From the NCBI GenBank assembly GCA_002898395.1, contig BEHE01000001.1, positions 91,182 to 155,181 on the forward strand: a DNA stretch of 64,000 bases. Reading direction: 5' to 3'. A program made the position numbers and the translations under genes. The DNA comes from Candidatus Calditenuaceae archaeon HR02 (GTDB lineage Archaea; Thermoproteota; Nitrososphaeria_A; Caldarchaeales; Calditenuaceae). This document shows positions 58,993 to 64,000 of this stretch, one piece after another; position 1 is the first letter of the stretch, and each line of letters begins with the position of its first letter. Below the pieces are notes generated by a model that saw only the letters and a list, made by a program, of their open reading frames with translations, did no database searches and was not told the origin of the DNA.

Positions 58993-59136
58993 GTGAGTAG
59001 TGAGAAAAGTGTCGGCACGAGGCTCGGCTGCCCGTACTGTGACATGTATTTCGAGTCGAAGACAGAGCTCTCGAAGCATATTAATAGAGTGCATGTAGGG
59101 AAGGGTCTTTTGGAGGGAGATAAGTCGAAGTGGTAA
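58993..59136 (+). CDS. small C2H2 zinc-finger protein (47 aa)
   Basis: Not in the ORF track because it is under 60 aa. GTG start. VSSEKSVGTRLGCPYCDMYFESKTELSKHINRVHVGKGLLEGDKSKW has the CxxC-x12-HxxxxH spacing of a classical C2H2 finger. Confidence 0.45.
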   Translation: MSSEKSVGTRLGCPYCDMYFESKTELSKHINRVHVGKGLLEGDKSKW

Positions 59137-59239
59137 TGGTTACAGATTAGCCAAAATATTTTATGGCCCAAGCCTCCTCGGTTGGATTTTTCTCTGGTAA
59201 GAGGAATCTTTAAAACGCTTCAAAGCACAGATACTTGAT

Positions 59240-61732
59240 ATGCGTCTTCTCATCAGGGTTTTGGCAGACTATCCTGAGCTCTTCGGTGTAAAGGAGGTTA
59301 ATGGGCGGCGGATTTCCGTGGAAGAGTTGATCGAGAAGATCGCACTCGAGCTTGGGCTTGAGATTGACGTGGTTCTTGAGGAGAGGAGGAAGTGGCTTGA
59401 GGATGACCGTCCCCTCTCGGTGAAGGGCGCATTCCCAGACTGGGAGGAGGTGTTCATGGATGCGGATGGAAATAGGCGGACCTTCAGAGAGATAGTCTGG
59501 GGAATGATCGACAACTTCCTCGGACGAGACACGCGGCTTAGGTGGAGGCTTAACGAGAATGTCCCAATCCCCGATGATGCACACCCACTCAAGAATCCCG
59601 GCCTCGAGATAACGGGGCCGTGGTACCCGCTTAGCAGGGCAATAAACCAGATCAACTCCGACGTCGCAGTTGCTTTCGAGGACGAGGAGGATGCTTCCCC
59701 AGCCATGTATATTCCCTACGGCGCCAGGGATAGGTGTGCAGCTGTCTGGGAAGCTAGGAGGAATGTTAAAAGGGTTCTCGCCGGTGAACTGCCCAGCGAG
59801 TATACTGAGCGCGGTAAGGTGTATAGGGTTGAGAAACCCCGGCATAGATGGCCGACAGTATTCCACAGGTTGCCGGGAATACACCTACTGGACTTTGACG
59901 TCCTCTTGGACGGTAAGCCAATACCATCCATCATCACTTCTGCGGTCATCTATAGCTTAAACAACTATGAGTCTTTGAGGAGGGTGGGTTCTGGTGTCTA
60001 CTTCTACATCCCCAAGATTCAGACGCCTAGGGAGGCTCTTGTTGTGGAGCGGCTCCTAAGGATGATAGAGGAAGCTATAGGCGTCCGGTACGGCACCATC
60101 AAGATCGCAATGCTCTATGAGGAGGGACAAGCAGGCCGTTACCTCCCCGCAATCCTCTGGGTCTGGAGGGAGAGGGTCATCAAGTCCAGCAATGGTAGGT
60201 GGGACTACCTCGGCAGCCTGATAGAGATGTGGAGGGAGGAGAGAGTCTTCCCGGACCCGCAGAACATTACGATGAGCTCGCCGAACATGATAGTGTACCA
60301 GAGGTATAATGCGCTCATGATGCTAATGGCAGGTCTGAGGAATGGGGAAGCCGATTCGGCCCCTGTGGGAGGGATGGCTGCAGTAATGCTCTACCCGGCT
60401 ACAGACCCTTACCGGCGCAACAAATACAACCTCAAAGCCCTGAGAGACATAAAACTAGACAAGCTCCGCGAGCGCCTACTTGGCCTGATATTTGTCCCAG
60501 AGGAGCCTCTGGTAAGGGGCCGCAAAGTCACATTAGAAGACATCCTCTCAGGCAGAGTCAGGGGGAGGCTCTACGACGTATTCAGGCAGAGCTGGGTAGC
60601 GACAAAGGAGGAGTCGTATGTCGCCGCTGGTAATGAGCCCCTTCGCGCAGACGTGTCTAGGCTTCAGCATATAATAGACGCCGAGGTCAGGCTAGAGAAT
60701 GTTAAAGGAATGGTGCTGCCCACCGTGGACAGCGGCCTAACTGAAAGTGAGAAGAGGAGGTTTCAGATGCTTGGGCTACTAGACGCTGATGGCAAGATTA
60801 CGCCCTGGGTCATTCCGAGAGAGGAGGTCGAGGCGCCTGAGAAACTATTCTCAAGCCGTATCTGGGGAGACAAGGACCTGTGGCACGGCCTATACGACCC
60901 CCCAAGCGGTGACATAACTGTCGAGAACATCCAGCACGCCTTCTACATGGCCGCCAACTATGGCTTCCAAGTCCTAAATGGAAACCTCGCAGCAGCCATC
61001 GACGACTACGAGCTCAGGCAGAGATTCATGAATGATCTCGCAACCTATAGAATCTTCGTCTCCTGGCTCTGGACCCTGACACGCCACCGCGCAAGGATCA
61101 CCAAGCCAGGGCATCTTAAGGCGCCTAGACTCACGGAGATAGGGGTCATCCCTGCGGTTGACAGGGTTAGGATAGAAGCGGGGACTGTCTTCTCTGAGGA
61201 GCTCTTCAACAATCTCTGGGATCTTCACAACAAGTGGGTTGAAGAGTTCTATGAGGAGCAAGACAGGTTGGCCGCCACTAGGATAGTGTCAGGAGTACTT
61301 GGGGCTGGGGCGGTACCCATGGAGCTTGTGGAGAGGCTATTGCCCGTTATTAGGCGGGCTTATAGGGCGGGGCCATTCAGAGACCTATCACTGGATGAGG
61401 CTGCGAAGGAGGCTGCGGCGATACTTAACGCCGATCCCGGTACTGTTCGGAGAGAAGTTGAGCTCAACGCACCCCGCTTCGACAGGTCTAAGGCGCCCAT
61501 TATAATGGAGATTCTCAGGAGACAGCTCACCTCGCCCCGATATATACAGCACAGCGCCAGGCTCTTATTCGTCAGAGCCAGCATGAGTGATGAGGAAGGG
61601 GAGCGCCTACTTGAAGCAGTCTTCGCTCCGTCGAGAAGAGAAGTTGTCGAGAGGGTGAGGCGGGGCCTGCTGGAGGAGAGATACCTTGAGCTGCACGACT
61701 ACATCTACGACTATAGACCGGTTGGGGTCTAA
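59240..61732 (+). CDS. malate synthase (large archaeal type)
   Basis: 830 aa with YFYIPKIQTPREALVVERLLRMIEEAIGVRYGTIKIAMLYEE and SSNGRWDYLGSLIEM (the GRWDY block of malate synthases). The size matches the ~820-aa crenarchaeal enzymes. Confidence 0.7.
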   Translation: MRLLIRVLADYPELFGVKEVNGRRISVEELIEKIALELGLEIDVVLEERRKWLEDDRPLSVKGAFPDWEEVFMDADGNRRTFREIVWGMIDNFLGRDTRLRWRLNENVPIPDDAHPLKNPGLEITGPWYPLSRAINQINSDVAVAFEDEEDASPAMYIPYGARDRCAAVWEARRNVKRVLAGELPSEYTERGKVYRVEKPRHRWPTVFHRLPGIHLLDFDVLLDGKPIPSIITSAVIYSLNNYESLRRVGSGVYFYIPKIQTPREALVVERLLRMIEEAIGVRYGTIKIAMLYEEGQAGRYLPAILWVWRERVIKSSNGRWDYLGSLIEMWREERVFPDPQNITMSSPNMIVYQRYNALMMLMAGLRNGEADSAPVGGMAAVMLYPATDPYRRNKYNLKALRDIKLDKLRERLLGLIFVPEEPLVRGRKVTLEDILSGRVRGRLYDVFRQSWVATKEESYVAAGNEPLRADVSRLQHIIDAEVRLENVKGMVLPTVDSGLTESEKRRFQMLGLLDADGKITPWVIPREEVEAPEKLFSSRIWGDKDLWHGLYDPPSGDITVENIQHAFYMAANYGFQVLNGNLAAAIDDYELRQRFMNDLATYRIFVSWLWTLTRHRARITKPGHLKAPRLTEIGVIPAVDRVRIEAGTVFSEELFNNLWDLHNKWVEEFYEEQDRLAATRIVSGVLGAGAVPMELVERLLPVIRRAYRAGPFRDLSLDEAAKEAAAILNADPGTVRREVELNAPRFDRSKAPIIMEILRRQLTSPRYIQHSARLLFVRASMSDEEGERLLEAVFAPSRREVVERVRRGLLEERYLELHDYIYDYRPVGV

Positions 61733-63679
61733 CTATACGCCGGGTTTCTTAGGCGGCACTCGCCTCCAATAGTCTATTAGGGGCAGCCAGACAGTCATAA
61801 CCGAGTCACCCCTATTTGCCCAAGCGTAGTAGGGAATAGCATTTGCCCTAACTTTCCTTCTCGCCCTCAAAGAAGAGTCAGCACTCTTATAGAGCCTTCC
61901 AGACCATCCCGCAGAGTCAATCACCCATGCACTAAAGGAGAGCGTGGTTACTCCACCGAGCAGCTCCCTCCTAAACCTCTCCCGGAAGATTGTCCCCCTC
62001 TCCAGAGCCACCAGCCTGGGGTCCACCCTGTTGTCAACACTCTCAAGGCAGTAGATTAAGGGGCCGCGCGAGAGTGCTACTTTCCCAATATTATCCCTCA
62101 GGTATGGATGTGAGGCATACATTCTAACATTCATCGGGAAGCTGGCCTTGATTATAGTCTTACCATCCCATTTCCTCCTGAGCTCGACGTATTTCATGGG
62201 CCGCGGCCTATAGACCCGGCCATCCATCTTTACACGCGGCTCGTCGCACCAGCCAGGTATTCTGAGGAAGATTGAGAAGGTCGCAGGGCCTTCGCTTTCG
62301 ACCTCCAGCCTAACCTCACCCCTCCAAGGATAATCGGTTTCCTGCCTAAGCACTACCTCCACACCGTCAAGCTTCACAACGGCTTTGCTTGAGCCATATA
62401 GATGCACCCAGAGACCCTTCTCAGAGGTTGAATAGAAGTAGCCTGGTAGGGAGGTTAGCAGCCTCGCAACGTTTGGAGGACAGCAGGCGCATAGGAACCA
62501 TGGCGACCGCGAGTATCCACCGCTTGAGGCCAGGGGGTTCATGTAGAAGTACCTTGTGCCATCCAGCGAGATGCCTGAGAGGATGGAGTTGTAGAGGGCG
62601 AGCTCCATTATATCAGCAAACCTAGCCTCACCAGTCGCGAGAAGCATCCGCCAGTTCCACATGAAGTTCGCTATGGATGCACACGTCTCTGCATAAGCCC
62701 TCTCATTGGGGAGCTCGTAGTCCTCCCCGAATGCCTCTGAGACATATCTAGACCCGGCCGCACCTGTGATGTACATCTTTCTCTCGACGAAGCTGTGCCA
62801 TAGACGATCCATCGCGTCCAAGAGCGCCTCCTCGCCCGTCTCCATGTAGAGGTCTGTGACGCCGCAGTTTAGGTAGAGCGCTCTCACAGCATGACCGACA
62901 ATCTCGCCGAGCTCGCGGATGGGGGCGTGATCCACAAAGTATGATGCGCCCCCAAGCATCCTGTAGAGAGTGCTGTTTAACCGGTCCTCTGGGGAAGGTC
63001 TTAGACTGTCCCTTCCCCTCAAATTTATGAAGAACTCGGCTGTCTCGAGGTATCTCTTCTCACTCGTCTCCCTGTAAAGCTCTATTAACGCCATCTCTAT
63101 CTCCGGGTGACCGCACACCCCCTTTATCCCCCCGGAGTTGAATGTATCGGATATTAGATTGGCCAGCTTGACAGCGGATTGGAAGAGCTTCTCTTCACCA
63201 ACAGATCTGTGAAGAGCTATCGCCGCCTGAATAAGATGACCTGCACAGTAAAGCTCATGGTCCAATGTTAGATTTTTCCAGCGGCGCTCGGGCGCGCGAT
63301 GATGCTCAGTAAATAGGTAGCCATCCTCCTCCTGAGCTGCGACAATATCGTCTACAATATTATTGACTATCCCTCTCAGCTCATCCTCCCCACTCTTAGC
63401 GAGGTAGAAGCCGCATGCCTCCAACCACTTATAGACGTCCGAGTCATCAAAGGCGAAGAGTGAGCGAAGAGGCTTCTCAGAAATCCTACCAGCCGCCCAC
63501 CTAAACCTATTAATCCTGTCACTCTCCTCCAGCATCCTATACTGATGCCAGATCGCCTCCCTAGCTATCTCGCCAACCCACCGCCTCCAGAACCCACCAA
63601 CTATTTCGACACAGTCTAAGGGCACAGGTCTTAAACGAGCGTAGGGGCTCCTTGATACCTCAACAACGTTGACTGGCAT
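61733..63679 (-). CDS. GH127-family beta-L-arabinofuranosidase-like hydrolase (DUF1680)
   Basis: 648 aa with ETCASIANFMWNWRML and the Cys cluster FLCACCPPNVARLL, typical of GH127. Confidence 0.7.
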   Translation of the reverse strand: MPVNVVEVSRSPYARLRPVPLDCVEIVGGFWRRWVGEIAREAIWHQYRMLEESDRINRFRWAAGRISEKPLRSLFAFDDSDVYKWLEACGFYLAKSGEDELRGIVNNIVDDIVAAQEEDGYLFTEHHRAPERRWKNLTLDHELYCAGHLIQAAIALHRSVGEEKLFQSAVKLANLISDTFNSGGIKGVCGHPEIEMALIELYRETSEKRYLETAEFFINLRGRDSLRPSPEDRLNSTLYRMLGGASYFVDHAPIRELGEIVGHAVRALYLNCGVTDLYMETGEEALLDAMDRLWHSFVERKMYITGAAGSRYVSEAFGEDYELPNERAYAETCASIANFMWNWRMLLATGEARFADIMELALYNSILSGISLDGTRYFYMNPLASSGGYSRSPWFLCACCPPNVARLLTSLPGYFYSTSEKGLWVHLYGSSKAVVKLDGVEVVLRQETDYPWRGEVRLEVESEGPATFSIFLRIPGWCDEPRVKMDGRVYRPRPMKYVELRRKWDGKTIIKASFPMNVRMYASHPYLRDNIGKVALSRGPLIYCLESVDNRVDPRLVALERGTIFRERFRRELLGGVTTLSFSAWVIDSAGWSGRLYKSADSSLRARRKVRANAIPYYAWANRGDSVMTVWLPLIDYWRRVPPKKPGV

Positions 63680-64000
63680 TCGAAAATTCCTTGGATCCTA
63701 CTCCAAGATATACTTTAAAAGAGCGCCCTCAGCTATCTCGCCACTCTTCTCCTTTCACGGTTTGATACATGGTATGACTGCTTGAGACCATCTATAAGGG
63801 GCTTGATGACCATACATCTTCACTTCGACCTAATGGGCCGAGAGTCATGTACTATTCGGCATGCATAGGTTTATAATAGAACTGTGATACTGCTGAGGTC
63901 TGGTGAGCCTGACTCACCGGCCACATACACTTCGGCATACTCTTCGATCGCCCTTCTGAGCTCTGGCTTCAGCTATACTTCTTTAATCTCGTCTCTCACA

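Noticed and set aside
51825-59239. An attL/attR direct repeat of the tRNA-Asp 3' half, and an integrase gene, that would delimit an integrated element.
   Set aside because: I found no copy of the gttcaaatcccggcccaggcg segment and no integrase-like ORF by eye. The island interpretation therefore stays an inference and needs a computed repeat search.
59210-59884. The 224-aa minus-strand ORF opposite the malate synthase start, and similar long antisense ORFs (for example 24546..25094, 42432..42986, 33609..34181, 36360..36770, 49845..50237).
   Set aside because: Each lies wholly inside a well-supported gene on the other strand and has a low-complexity Ser/Pro/Leu/Arg-rich composition typical of antisense frames.
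63680-64000. A possible short minus-strand ORF at the right edge (..LKPELRRAIEEYAEVYVAGESGSPDLSSITVLL), preceded by an in-frame TAG.
   Set aside because: It is too short, interrupted, and cut by the window edge. No motif was recognised.

Overview
This window is a chromosomal segment from a hyperthermophilic crenarchaeon (Thermoprotei-type 16S 5' end actccggttgatcctgccggaccc; rRNA exons are very GC-rich against a roughly 45-50% GC background). I cannot name the genus from sequence alone. All family calls rest on motifs I recognised by eye; no searches were run.

Layout from left to right:
- trpE (partial) and aIF5A, an uncertain or decayed locus, and a GalE-like epimerase.
- A stand-alone 16S rRNA gene (3815-6209). 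It is interrupted by two archaeal introns, one encoding a LAGLIDADG endonuclease, and no 23S gene follows it.
- A 14-kb glycan-utilisation locus: glycoside hydrolases, a GH130 phosphorylase, two Gfo/Idh/MocA oxidoreductases and a Dpp/Opp-type ABC transporter with a membrane-anchored binding protein.
- A DNA methyltransferase translationally coupled to a 375-aa protein with no recognisable motifs.
- A phosphoribosyltransferase and LutABC-like genes.
- A 5-repeat orphan CRISPR array with a divergently oriented, frame-disrupted csx1 (CARF-HEPN). The pair is bracketed by inverted copies of a ~200-bp MITE and followed by nested IS110-like and IS6-like remnants.
- A sugar isomerase and oxidoreductase pair, then a Liv-type ABC transporter.
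- An NAD-kinase-like/wHTH fusion, a flavin reductase, a candidate C/D box sRNA, a MoaD/SAMP-like gene with cgi121, uS15, a GT-C-like membrane protein, inositol-1-phosphate synthase and a Thr-rich surface protein.
- A nuoB-nuoC-(small TM ORF)-nuoD module in which NuoB carries a 410-aa LAGLIDADG intein at an Fe-S ligand cysteine.
- An alcohol dehydrogenase and a GH36 alpha-galactosidase.
- tRNA-Asp followed by a ~7-kb island of decayed mobile elements. It holds a free-standing LAGLIDADG gene; IS110, IS6-like and IS1595-like remnants; a wrecked Wzx flippase gene; and small hypothetical genes.
- An archaeal-type malate synthase and a GH127 hydrolase.

Most noteworthy:
- the NuoB intein;
- the MITE-bracketed CRISPR-csx1 cassette;
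- the methyltransferase plus unknown partner;
- compensated substitutions in the universally conserved 16S decoding-centre sequence;
- the unlinked, intron-bearing 16S gene.
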